Positions 20,022-29,185 are shown, counted from the first letter of the stretch. The stretch: DNA of 64,000 nt from Candidatus Bathyarchaeia archaeon (GCA_049512075.1 JBEKXL010000008.1:1-64000); one strand, 5' to 3'. Notes: a model not told the origin generated them from the letters alone. Made by a program: numbers and translations.

Positions 20022-20037
20022 CAGAAATGTTTTTAAA
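20022..20037 (+). promoter_or_regulatory. BRE/TATA promoter of the small peptide gene
   Basis: CAGAAA-TG-TTTTTAAA, about 25 bp upstream of a leader with tandem GGTGA RBS motifs. Confidence 0.6.
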
Positions 20038-20080
20038 GTAATAGTGTAGAACACATATACAGGTGAGAAAGGTGAAAAAT

Positions 20081-20122
20081 GTGAGACGCAAACCTATTAG
20101 AATTTTTGGTTGGGGCAGATAG
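20081..20122 (+). CDS. Putative precursor peptide MRRKPIRIFGWGR (ComX-like; in-frame alternative GTG starts at 20063 and 20072)
   Basis: GTG AGA CGC AAA CCT ATT AGA ATT TTT GGT TGG GGC AGA TAG; GGTGA 5 nt upstream; Trp third from the C-terminus; converges on the prenyltransferase gene. Confidence 0.65.
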   Translation: MRRKPIRIFGWGR

Positions 20123-20124
20123 AC

Positions 20125-21156
20125 TCATTCCTGTCCTATTTTTATGTCCTCGTAGATTGGATCTAGCAAGTGGCTCAATAATTGCGCTGCTTTCCTCTCT
20201 TTAAGAATCTTCAAACTTGATAGAGCCGTCTTCTTCAGTTCATCCATATACTTCTTCAGTTCTTTGATCCCTTCACTGCGTGAAATAATGTTCACTATTT
20301 TTCGCGAATCGCTGTCCGATAATTTCCTTTTCTTAAGTATTGATAAAACTTCATTCTTAACGTTCATGTCTCTGAAAGCAAAGAGCAAAGGTAGTGGGAG
20401 GCATTCCTTTTCCTTCCTGTTCTGTAGTTCTTCAGGTTCATAAATGTCTATGAATTCATCGCGTATCATTGTGAGCACGCATAAAAGTCTTCCGAAAATT
20501 CCTAGCGCGTCCTCTTCTGCTTTGCTGCCCCCGCCAACAATTGCTCCTATTCTAGCATGCATTTCCGAACATCCCGATTTTTGCGTGACTATTTTCATCA
20601 AGTCTTCTGGCACTAAATTGAAGTTACCTCTTAGGTTAACTTCACTTGCAACGCCTGTTCCAACTTCAAACAAGGCTTCTTTCACCATGTCAGCTATCTC
20701 TTGTCTTTCTTCGACACGAAAATGCAGGATGGCCTCATTCAAATGCATCAAACCCTCGTAGAAAAGAACGTCTCCAGCAAGTATTGCCATATCTTGTCCA
20801 TATTTGCCATAGAGAGTAGGCTTGCCTGCTTTCGTTCCTTGTTTGTCAATGACATCATCGTGTACGTCCATTGCTCCTCTTAGCAATACCAGTGATGCGC
20901 CAAGCCGTAATGTCTTGTCTGGTTTTCCTTTGACTGCTTTGCAAGCCAATGCCATCAAGCCCGGATATTCCACGTCAAGCCACACTTCTTGTACAAAGTA
21001 ATCTAGTGCTTCGCGAACGTTGCGATTCTCAATGTCTTCTTCAAGTATGATTTTCTGTGCCACTTTGAATGCTGGCTTGCCATATCTGCAAAGCAAACGG
21101 TGCACTTGTTGAGCTGTAAGCAGGGCTTTCATTGTGCGTTTCGTCTCGCACTGCAT
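20125..21156 (-). CDS. Divergent polyprenyl-synthetase-family protein (ComQ-like prenyltransferase candidate)
   Basis: FARM HDDVID and AILAGD are present; GKRxRP and RRG are absent; second motif degenerate (IRDEFID). Confidence 0.85.
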   Translation of the reverse strand: MQCETKRTMKALLTAQQVHRLLCRYGKPAFKVAQKIILEEDIENRNVREALDYFVQEVWLDVEYPGLMALACKAVKGKPDKTLRLGASLVLLRGAMDVHDDVIDKQGTKAGKPTLYGKYGQDMAILAGDVLFYEGLMHLNEAILHFRVEERQEIADMVKEALFEVGTGVASEVNLRGNFNLVPEDLMKIVTQKSGCSEMHARIGAIVGGGSKAEEDALGIFGRLLCVLTMIRDEFIDIYEPEELQNRKEKECLPLPLLFAFRDMNVKNEVLSILKKRKLSDSDSRKIVNIISRSEGIKELKKYMDELKKTALSSLKILKERKAAQLLSHLLDPIYEDIKIGQE

Positions 21157-21405
21157 GATTCTGTCATATAAGTACTACATGTTTAAAAGTTCTTAGCTCA
21201 TCGCATATTTCGCTATTCGTATCTACCAATACTTGCACCTTGTTTCACGCACTTAGCGCGCGCGCTAAAGCGTATAGCAACAACACTCCTGAAAAGTGCA
21301 GTCGAATACATTCAGAAAAAAAAGGAACAAGGCAGTTTTGCACGTTAATTCAACGCGCGCGCAAAGAAACGGAATGCTCCCGTTTGGATCATGGTTTTAT
21401 AGGTG

Positions 21406-22398
21406 TCAGAGATCCTCAAGAGTCGAAGACGCGAAGCTTAGCAGTTGATCTCTCAAGGTCTTGTTTCTTACCGTAGACGTTACACCCACGGCTTCAGCGG
21501 CGAGTTCTTCCATATGTTTCTTTAGTTTTCCCGCGTTCTTGGCCTCGAACACCGCGTCAACAAGAGCATCCACGTCCCTGTCTGCATTCTCTTTTGCCAG
21601 CAGCTTTTCAATCTTTTTCTTTGATTCCGCATCTTGCATGGCGTACAGAATTGGAATGGGCAAGTATTCGCTCGTGACCCGATGATTCAGTTCCTCGACA
21701 TCGAAAACATCTACGAACTCTTCTCGCAGAATAGCTAATGTTCCCAGAATTCTCCCATACCTGGCCAATGTTTCAACTTCTTCATGTGTCCCCCCACCGA
21801 TTATGGCTCCGATTCGCATGTCTCCTTCGATGCTCGCTGCCTTCATTTTCACAATTTCCAGATACTCCTCCAATGGGGCATCAGCTTTGTTCTTCAAGCT
21901 CAGCTCCAACGCGTGTGCGTTGCCGAATTCATACAGTGATTGTTTGATGGTTTCGAAAACTTTTGCCCTCTCCTGATGTGACTCTCCTAGTGATTTTCCA
22001 AAGAGCGTGAATCCTTCTATTAAGAAGGCGTTTCCTAGAAGAAGTGCTATTTCTTCTCCGAACTTGCCAAGAACTGTAGGTTCGCCATGCTTCAGTTCTG
22101 ATTTGTCGATTATGTCATCATGTATATCAAAAGCTGCAGCTATCATGGCCAGTGCGGCCTGAAATGGAATTGCTACCTGCGGGTCTCCGCGAACCGCTTC
22201 AAATGCCACGGCAAAGAGCCCTGGATGTGTAACATCGTTCCAGCGTGAAACATAATATTCCAGTGCATCACGCAGTTTCCTGTATTGGATATTTTCCGAG
22301 AGAATTGTTCTCTTGGCGAATTCCAATCCGTTTTTGCTTTTTTTCGCGAGTTCTGTCAAAACTATTTCGGATTGCTTTCTGGCTTTGCTACGGCTCAT
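21406..22398 (-). CDS. Second divergent polyprenyl-synthetase-family protein
   Basis: FARM HDDIID, ALLLGN; RRG replaced by KHG; second motif LREEFVD. Confidence 0.85.
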   Translation of the reverse strand: MSRSKARKQSEIVLTELAKKSKNGLEFAKRTILSENIQYRKLRDALEYYVSRWNDVTHPGLFAVAFEAVRGDPQVAIPFQAALAMIAAAFDIHDDIIDKSELKHGEPTVLGKFGEEIALLLGNAFLIEGFTLFGKSLGESHQERAKVFETIKQSLYEFGNAHALELSLKNKADAPLEEYLEIVKMKAASIEGDMRIGAIIGGGTHEEVETLARYGRILGTLAILREEFVDVFDVEELNHRVTSEYLPIPILYAMQDAESKKKIEKLLAKENADRDVDALVDAVFEAKNAGKLKKHMEELAAEAVGVTSTVRNKTLRDQLLSFASSTLEDL

Positions 22399-22463
22399 GA
22401 TTTATTACATTGCTTGCTCGTTCTATTTAAAAAGTGGCTGCCGCATGTGTACACATACTTGGC

Positions 22464-22832
22464 TTATTCCAAGTCTCGTCCTTGTATCTGCTCTTCCAGT
22501 ATTGTATTGTAAGTCCTGAGGTATTGTTCGCCTTTTCTTGTTATTGTGTACACTTTTCTCGTTCTTCCGCCGTGTTGTTGTTTTTGGCTTGTAAGGAAGC
22601 TTTCACGCTCCAAGGCATTAAGTAACGGGTAGAGTGCTCCATGTCTGAGTTTTACGCCGAATTTTGTTTCTGCCTGTTTCTTTATCAAGTAGCCCCACAT
22701 TGGCTGGGTCCGGATGAGTCTTAGCATTTGGATGTCGAGCAGGTTTCTGGTGATGCGTTGTACAAGTTCCTGTTTGTAGGCTTCTGCCAATTCTTTCACG
22801 TTCTTGTTATGTCCTATTCTGTACTGGTTCAT
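22464..22832 (-). CDS. PadR-family transcriptional regulator
   Basis: PMWGYLI, GALYPLLNALE, RTRKVYTITRKG. Confidence 0.92.
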   Translation of the reverse strand: MNQYRIGHNKNVKELAEAYKQELVQRITRNLLDIQMLRLIRTQPMWGYLIKKQAETKFGVKLRHGALYPLLNALERESFLTSQKQQHGGRTRKVYTITRKGEQYLRTYNTILEEQIQGRDLE

Positions 22833-22874
22833 GTTTCGGCTTATTAGAGTTACGTTGGAAGTGGAGGTTTCAAT

Positions 22875-22920
22875 ATGTTTTCTTATGTTTTCTTATGCTT
22901 TCTTATGCTTTCTTATGTCT
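22875..22920. repeat. 10-bp tandem repeat TCTTATGYTT x4 between divergent PadR genes
   Basis: tcttatgttt tcttatgctt tcttatgctt tcttatgtct at 22881-22920, preceded by a partial unit. Confidence 0.9.
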
Positions 22921-22970
22921 GATGTAAGCATGAACCTTTATAGGGTAGTTTAGGGTTTATAGAGACTCAA

Positions 22971-23025
22971 GATATGTCATACCGAGGACATATCGTATCC
23001 ACGTCCAACAAACAAACTGTTGGAC
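22971..23025. promoter_or_regulatory. Two inverted repeats, candidate PadR operators
   Basis: GATATGTC-N8-GACATATC (22971-22994) and GTCCAACA-N7-TGTTGGAC (23003-23025). Confidence 0.6.
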
Positions 23026-23053
23026 AAATAAACACAAAAGAAGGAACAACACG

Positions 23054-23470
23054 ATGATGAACAACACAAAAGAAGTTCAGGCCAAACTGATGAAAGGCCT
23101 GCTGGACCTGATAATACTCCAATTCCTAAACGAACAGCCCGTGCACGGCTACCAGATAATCACAAAAATCCGAAAAACCTTCGGAGTCTACTTCGGCCCA
23201 AGCACCATCTATCCTCTTCTGGGAACACTGGAGAAAAAGAGGTTCGTGAAAAGCGAATGGGACATGAGCACTGAAAGACCGAGAAAAGTTTACAAACTGA
23301 CCACTGAAGGCCAGAACCTGCTGAACTTCACAGAAGACTCGCTCAACTTCATTTGCAGAAAAATAGGCACACCCGGAGTATCCAAGAACGACATGCCAGA
23401 AGCGACCATTCAACACTCAGCACTTCGCCCCTTCCTGAGAAAACTCGAAGAACCGAAACCAATAATGTAG
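23054..23470 (+). CDS. PadR-family transcriptional regulator
   Basis: KGLLDLIIL, PVHGYQII, STIYPLL, RPRKVYKLTTEG. Confidence 0.94.
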   Translation: MMNNTKEVQAKLMKGLLDLIILQFLNEQPVHGYQIITKIRKTFGVYFGPSTIYPLLGTLEKKRFVKSEWDMSTERPRKVYKLTTEGQNLLNFTEDSLNFICRKIGTPGVSKNDMPEATIQHSALRPFLRKLEEPKPIM

Positions 23471-23641
23471 AGTCCCACCCCCCACTCTTTTGATCACCCC
23501 ACAGAATGAAAGGCCCAACAAGCTTGGAGTCGTTAAAAGCGGAGACGACGCAATTCGCGAACAATCCAACCTTACCCATAAGTCATCTTCAGCCCAAACC
23601 GAAGCAATAACGTCGGCTTCGCCAAGATGACAATACATCCC

Positions 23642-25027
23642 CTAACTTCTTAGTCGATCTACCACTTGACTTCTGATCTTGGTCAACCTGTTGCTCAGTT
23701 CAACAGGGTAAGAAGATGGATCTCTCAGTCTTTTGTACTTCTCTGGAAGCTCTGAAAGATTCTCCAAAGTTGCCTCTCTTATCTCTTGAAGCCTTGGCAT
23801 TTCACAGGTTATCTGGCCATCTTTCATGACCTTCCTCAAAAGACGCTCTCCCTCAATCTCTTCATCCTCCAAACCGATTATGTCCTTGACACATTTTCTG
23901 TTCTCGTCTCTCTGCCTAAAGATTTGTTTCTTTCCTGGCAACGTCACTTTGCCCTTACTCAATTTCATCGTAGGAACGAAATTCCCTTCTTCAACTTTCC
24001 CCGACAATTTGTACACAACGTCTACGTAGGGCCTATCCAAGGACGTACTCATCCTCGTTCCGACGCCGAAAGCATCAATTTTCGCTCCCTCTTTCACCAG
24101 TTCCTCAATGACGTACTCATCCAGGTCGCCGCTTGCAAATATCTTAACATAATCCAAGCCGCGGTCGTCCAGAACCCGTCTCACCTTCTGACTTATGCTC
24201 AGCAGGTCTCCACTGTCCAGCCTGACGGCGTTTAGCCTGTAACCTTTCTTCTCTAATTCCTTCGCAATGATGGCCGCATTTTCTGCACCTTTCAAATCGT
24301 CGTAGGTGTCTATCAAGAAAGTGGAAGTCTGAGGAAAGGTTTTAGCAAAGGCTCTGAACGAGTCTACCTCCTTGTCGAAGAACATTACGTAGGAATGCGC
24401 CATGGTCCCGAACAAGGGGATACCGTATTTCATACCGGCTAGCACGTTGGAAGTTCCTTCGGCCCCTGCCAGGTAACTGCATCTCGCAGCTTTCATCCCG
24501 GCATCTGTTCCCTGTGTTCTTCTCAAGCCGAACTCTATCACGGATCTGCCCTTCGCCGCACGGACAACCCTTGAAGCTTTGGTGGCAATCATAGTTTGAA
24601 GGTTCACCGTGTTTAGAATGAAGGTTTCAACAAGCTGAGCCTCTATTATCGGCGCAGTCACCCTGATTAAGGGCTCTTCAGGAAAAACTATTGTTCCTTC
24701 AGGAACCGACCACACTTCCCCAGTGAACTTGAAGTCCTTCAGATACTCCAGGAACCCCTCGCTTAGTCTCTTCTCTCTCAGGTAGCTGATGTGTTCCTCA
24801 CTGAATTTCACGTTTTCGAGGAAAAGCAACACTTGTTCTAGCCCAGCGAAGATGAAGTAGGATCTGTTCGGCGGCAACTTTCTTATGAACAGGTCGAAGG
24901 TTGCAGTTTCGTTTCTTCCGTTTTCAAAATAGCTGGCACACATTGTCAGCTCGTAAAAATCAGTTAAAAGGCTCATGTTTGCTTCGTCGACAAAGTCAAA
25001 CTGCGGTTTTTTCATCTGTCCAGCCAC
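23642..25027 (-). CDS. pncB: Nicotinate phosphoribosyltransferase
   Basis: LLTDFYELTM, EFGLRR, GTMAHS, LIDTYD, VRLDSGD, FGVGT. Confidence 0.96.
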   Translation of the reverse strand: MAGQMKKPQFDFVDEANMSLLTDFYELTMCASYFENGRNETATFDLFIRKLPPNRSYFIFAGLEQVLLFLENVKFSEEHISYLREKRLSEGFLEYLKDFKFTGEVWSVPEGTIVFPEEPLIRVTAPIIEAQLVETFILNTVNLQTMIATKASRVVRAAKGRSVIEFGLRRTQGTDAGMKAARCSYLAGAEGTSNVLAGMKYGIPLFGTMAHSYVMFFDKEVDSFRAFAKTFPQTSTFLIDTYDDLKGAENAAIIAKELEKKGYRLNAVRLDSGDLLSISQKVRRVLDDRGLDYVKIFASGDLDEYVIEELVKEGAKIDAFGVGTRMSTSLDRPYVDVVYKLSGKVEEGNFVPTMKLSKGKVTLPGKKQIFRQRDENRKCVKDIIGLEDEEIEGERLLRKVMKDGQITCEMPRLQEIREATLENLSELPEKYKRLRDPSSYPVELSNRLTKIRSQVVDRLRS

Positions 25028-25175
25028 AGAACACTATTACCCGTTGGTTTTAAGAATGTTTACGTTCTCTTTTTTCGAAGATTTGATTGTCTACTTTAAC
25101 CTATCTCTCTCCAAGTTTTGCGAAGCACCTTTCCAGCAAACGCTTATCTGCCTTCCCTGCGGCTTTCCATCTTGA

Positions 25176-25925
25176 TTGAGGAAGCTGCGCATGTCTATTT
25201 TGTCGATTAACAGGCTCAGACGCCTTTCCCTCGGTTTTCCCACGTTAGACGATTTTTTCCAAGGGTTTGAGCGTGGAGACTTTGTTGTCATGCGCGGCAA
25301 CGCGGCTTCATTCATGTCCTTCGTCTTATCGGTGCAAACTCAGCTTCCGATTGAACGTGGCGGCCTGTCGTCTCGGACTGTTTTCGTGGATGGCGGCAAC
25401 ATGTTTAGTCCATATTCGGTTGCGGAAATTGCACGCGAACGCGGTGTAGACTCTAAGACTGCCTTGGAAAAGGTTTACGTGTCAAGGGCTTTCACCGCAC
25501 ACCAGCTTTCGTCGCTTGTCTTAGAAAAACTGTGTCTTGTTCTGCGAAAAACCCGGGCGCGTCTGCTAATCGTCTCAGACATTTCATCCTTATTTTTGGA
25601 TCGCGACGTGCCCAAAGCTGAGGCCGAAGAACTTTTCATTAAAACCTGCTCCAAACTGTCTGAGATTGCATCTGAAAAACAGGCGATTGCCGTTGTCACC
25701 TATCTTCCAAGAAAGCGATCTAGAATGGAATTGTTTTTTGAAGCCGTTCTGTTCGGAAAGTCCACTGTCTTAATCAGGTTAAGAAGGAAGGGTCAGATTT
25801 TCACTTTTTCCTTAGAAGATCATCCCCGCATCAAGCCCTTCATCTGGAATTTTACGATAGAGCAAGCCCCCTTAAACTGCGTTCATGGAGGTGCAGGTTT
25901 TGGGAAGGACCGTTCCATCCTATAG
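25176..25925 (+). CDS. Inactivated RadA/RecA-like protein (PolB2-associated)
   Basis: GFPTLDDF, VFVDGGNMF, SRAFTAHQL; Walker A lysine absent. Confidence 0.82.
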   Translation: MRKLRMSILSINRLRRLSLGFPTLDDFFQGFERGDFVVMRGNAASFMSFVLSVQTQLPIERGGLSSRTVFVDGGNMFSPYSVAEIARERGVDSKTALEKVYVSRAFTAHQLSSLVLEKLCLVLRKTRARLLIVSDISSLFLDRDVPKAEAEELFIKTCSKLSEIASEKQAIAVVTYLPRKRSRMELFFEAVLFGKSTVLIRLRRKGQIFTFSLEDHPRIKPFIWNFTIEQAPLNCVHGGAGFGKDRSIL

Positions 25926-26169
25926 ACAAGCGTTGGAAGCCGAGATTGCCAGTTGGGAAGGGTTTCGAAGGGCCTTGCGAGACAGAGATCTGGAAGCTTT
26001 CGATGAAATGATGAACGCGTGCAGGATGCACGCGTCGGCTGGCAGCATGGCGACCAGGCCTATACTCATCGAGGCAATGTTCATGACTGTTTTGTTAAGC
26101 CAGCAGAAGAGGCTCATGGAGATAGCGGAAAACCTTGAGCGACTGGAAAAAAAGCTTCATCAAACTTAA
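25885..26169 (+). CDS. Small PolB2-associated protein (arCOG07300-like)
   Basis: GRTVPSYR...W.GFRRALR..D..AFD; located between the radA-like gene and polB2. Confidence 0.8.
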   Translation: MEVQVLGRTVPSYRQALEAEIASWEGFRRALRDRDLEAFDEMMNACRMHASAGSMATRPILIEAMFMTVLLSQQKRLMEIAENLERLEKKLHQT

Positions 26170-28435
26170 CCCCGTTCGAGGTTGGCTGTTTGACGTTTAT
26201 CCTTCAGGCCCAGATGAGGTGGTAGTGTGGCTTATTGCAGAAAACGGAGAAAGAGTTAGACTCGTTGACAAGTTCGCATCAAAAATCTACGTTTCTGGAA
26301 ATCCCCTAGCTCTTAAACGTCTAACAGAAAAAGTCACATCAGCAAGTTCGGTTGCTGATTGGCGTTTTGTTGAAAAAACCGCGGATTTCATGGAAACTTC
26401 CAAGCAGAGAGTCTTGGAGATCAGCATCAGCGACTACACAAGAGCAGCAAGTTTTGCACGAGAGCTGCACAACTTCGGCGCGGGTAAGGAGTTCCGCTTC
26501 TACAACGTTGATGTCCCGGTCTCGCAGGCGTACCTGTATGACAAGGATGTCTTTCCATTGGCGCACGTGTTGGTTATTGACTCCGGAAAAAGGCTGTACT
26601 ATGAAATGCTTGACTCGGTTGAAAGCGTTGACTATCATGTTCCACCCTTACGTTTTTTGTGGCTCAGAGCGAGCGTGAAGAAAGAAGGCGTTTCGCCCAA
26701 GCTGACTGACAAGATAGACAGCATATCGTTGGAATCTGGCGATAGAACGCTTGTAATTGAAAGAGGAAGCGAAGCGGAGAAGATTCTGGAGCTGGTCAAA
26801 ACTGTCAAGGAGGACGACCCAGACATAATTTTTACCGAAGGCGGAGACTCATTTCTCTTTCCTTACCTAGCCCACAGGGCCTTTGTAAACAGTGTCCTAA
26901 ACAGTTTTATCTTGAGCAGAGACGACGTTCCCCTGAAAGCCAGCAAAGGGCAGGGAACAACGTTCTTTTCTTATGGACGAGTCTATCACAAAGCACCCAT
27001 GCAAAAACTCGTCGGCCGAGTTCACATCGACGTAAACAACACGTTCATCTACACCGCCTGCGGTTTAGAGGGGCTGATTGAGGCTTCAAGAACGTGCAGA
27101 GTCCCCCTTCATCGAGCTGCAAGAGCGTCTATCGGAACCATAATGTCCTCCCTGCAGCTTTACACCGCGTGGAGAGACGGCATTCTCATTCCTTGGAAGA
27201 AAAACGAGCCAGAGTCCTTCAAAACCGCATGGGAACTGCTCGTCGCAGACCGCGGCGGCTTCATTTTCGAACCTAAACTCGGCTTTCACACAGACGTCGT
27301 GGAAGTTGACTTCACCTCCATGTTTCCAATGCTGATGCTGACGCGGAACATTTCGGCCGAAACCGTTCTGTGCAAATGCTGCCCAAACTCCAAGAACAGA
27401 GTTCCAGAACTCGGGTACAACATCTGCGAGAAAAGAACGGGCATCGTGCCCAAAACATTGGAGCTGCTCTTGAAGAAACGTTTGAAATACAAGAGTCTGA
27501 TAAAGGAAGTGAAAGACGAAGGCTTAAGAAAAATCTATAACAAGAGGCAGACAGCCCTCAAATGGGTCTTAGTCACCTGTTTCGGCTATTTAGGCTACAG
27601 AAATGCACGGTTCGGAAAGGTTGACGCCCACATCGCAGTGTGCGCTTTTGCACGTGATTCACTGTTGAAAACTGCCAGGCTAGCCGAGCAACATGGCTTC
27701 GAAGTCATCCATGGAATCGTGGATTCCCTTTGGCTTAAAAAACCAAACGTTTCTCCGCGAGAGGTTGCAGAGTTCTGCGGCAAAGCTTCAGAGGCCATCC
27801 GCGTTCCCTTAGGTGTCGAAGGAAAATATCGATGGATTGTTTTTCTCCCATCGAAGGTTTTGAAAGGTGTCCCAGTTCTAAACCGGTACTATGGAGTGTT
27901 TGAAAACGGCGAAATCAAACTGAGAGGAGTGGAAGCTAGACGCGGAGACACGCCCTTCTTCATCGCCAAGGCCCAGATGGAAATGATCAAGACACTCGCA
28001 GGAGCCAACAGCTTGGAAAGTTTCAAGGAGAGAATTCCAGAGGCCTTGGAAGTTTTAGGAAACTATGCTGGCAAGCTGGTTGAAGGCAAAGTTGATGTGC
28101 CAGAACTGCTGATTGCCAAAAGGCTTTCAAAGTCTCTCGCTCGCTATAGCCACGACGTTTTCCAAGCCATCGCCGCCAAACAGTTGAAAAGGGCCGGTTT
28201 CGAAGTGCACGCGGGGCAGACGGTTCAGTACGTGGTAACCAACGCTAAATCCAGATGGATTAACGAGAGAGTTACCGCTGCCCAGCTGCTAAAGTCTAAT
28301 ACGCGTTATGATGCAAAGGAATACGTGAAGATGCTGTTTTCTGCCGGTGAAACTCTACTCGGAGTGTTCGGGTACACGGCAAGCAAGATTCAGACCGAAG
28401 CCGTTTGCCGAGAAAAACAGATTGCACTGTCATGA
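26135..28435 (+). CDS. Family B DNA polymerase, PolB2 group
   Basis: DRGG, DFTSMFP, KWVLVTCFGYLGY, HGIVDSLW (in place of YGDTDS); degenerate exonuclease motifs. Confidence 0.92.
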   Translation: MSDWKKSFIKLNPVRGWLFDVYPSGPDEVVVWLIAENGERVRLVDKFASKIYVSGNPLALKRLTEKVTSASSVADWRFVEKTADFMETSKQRVLEISISDYTRAASFARELHNFGAGKEFRFYNVDVPVSQAYLYDKDVFPLAHVLVIDSGKRLYYEMLDSVESVDYHVPPLRFLWLRASVKKEGVSPKLTDKIDSISLESGDRTLVIERGSEAEKILELVKTVKEDDPDIIFTEGGDSFLFPYLAHRAFVNSVLNSFILSRDDVPLKASKGQGTTFFSYGRVYHKAPMQKLVGRVHIDVNNTFIYTACGLEGLIEASRTCRVPLHRAARASIGTIMSSLQLYTAWRDGILIPWKKNEPESFKTAWELLVADRGGFIFEPKLGFHTDVVEVDFTSMFPMLMLTRNISAETVLCKCCPNSKNRVPELGYNICEKRTGIVPKTLELLLKKRLKYKSLIKEVKDEGLRKIYNKRQTALKWVLVTCFGYLGYRNARFGKVDAHIAVCAFARDSLLKTARLAEQHGFEVIHGIVDSLWLKKPNVSPREVAEFCGKASEAIRVPLGVEGKYRWIVFLPSKVLKGVPVLNRYYGVFENGEIKLRGVEARRGDTPFFIAKAQMEMIKTLAGANSLESFKERIPEALEVLGNYAGKLVEGKVDVPELLIAKRLSKSLARYSHDVFQAIAAKQLKRAGFEVHAGQTVQYVVTNAKSRWINERVTAAQLLKSNTRYDAKEYVKMLFSAGETLLGVFGYTASKIQTEAVCREKQIALS

Positions 28436-28627
28436 AGATGAACCTACAACAACTAATCGCGTCAGCCAAACCAGCCGCTCAAAATCCAATTCCTCTACTT
28501 CTTTTTCTTGAAAAACAATTGACGGAATATTCCAACTTCATTAAAGGGAGAGAATCACCTATGGTTTAGGTTTTGTCCAGCATGGAATTCTCATCGCAGT
28601 GGCATGCTGATCCTTCCGACTTGCGTT

Positions 28628-29185
28628 CTATTTTGCTATCATGACTTCAGTTGCCTTTACAATTACTTCTGCTTGGTCGCCAACCTTTATGCCCAAGTCT
28701 TCCGCCGCTTCCTTTGAAATCATGGCTGTCACGGTGGCTGGCACCGTTATCTCGACTTTGACTTTTGCCATCAAGCCATCCTTCTCGACATGAGTGACCT
28801 TTCCCTTCAATCGGTTTCTGGCGCTGATCTTCAATCTTTTCACCTCCGTCGTACTTTCCTCACCCAGAACCTCGCCCAAGTATGCTGCCAAACGCTCGTA
28901 CTCACTCAGCAGGCTCTTCCCCAGGTCGCTGAGTTCGGCCCCACCGCCTCCTGACTTTCCGCCTCTGAAAGTTATTACAACAGTTTCACCGACTGTCTTT
29001 TCGATCTTCTGCAAGTAGTTCCAAACGTAGCGATAGGACATGCCTAATTTTTCGGCAGCCATTGAGATAGATTTTTCCTTTCCTATTTGCTCGAGAATCT
29101 CGGCTCCGCCCTTGCCTAGTAAGGGTCTTCCATTTTCTTCTATCCAGATTTTGAACGAGAACCTGTGTTCCTTTTGGGCAAGCAT
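28628..29185 (-). CDS. ModE-like molybdate/tungstate regulator (wHTH plus TOBE)
   Basis: SISMAAEKLGMSYRYVW, RGGKSGGGAEL, ISARNRLKG...VKATEVMI. Confidence 0.92.
   Translation of the reverse strand: MLAQKEHRFSFKIWIEENGRPLLGKGGAEILEQIGKEKSISMAAEKLGMSYRYVWNYLQKIEKTVGETVVITFRGGKSGGGGAELSDLGKSLLSEYERLAAYLGEVLGEESTTEVKRLKISARNRLKGKVTHVEKDGLMAKVKVEITVPATVTAMISKEAAEDLGIKVGDQAEVIVKATEVMIAK

Noticed and set aside
21157-21405. A second precursor peptide between the prenyltransferase genes
   Set aside because: The Trp-containing frames (..KKRNAPVWIMVL*, MLPFGSWFY..) lack a start codon or RBS, or run into the opposite gene.
22875-22920. Possible CRISPR or iteron array
   Set aside because: Contiguous 10-bp units with no spacers and no replication gene nearby.
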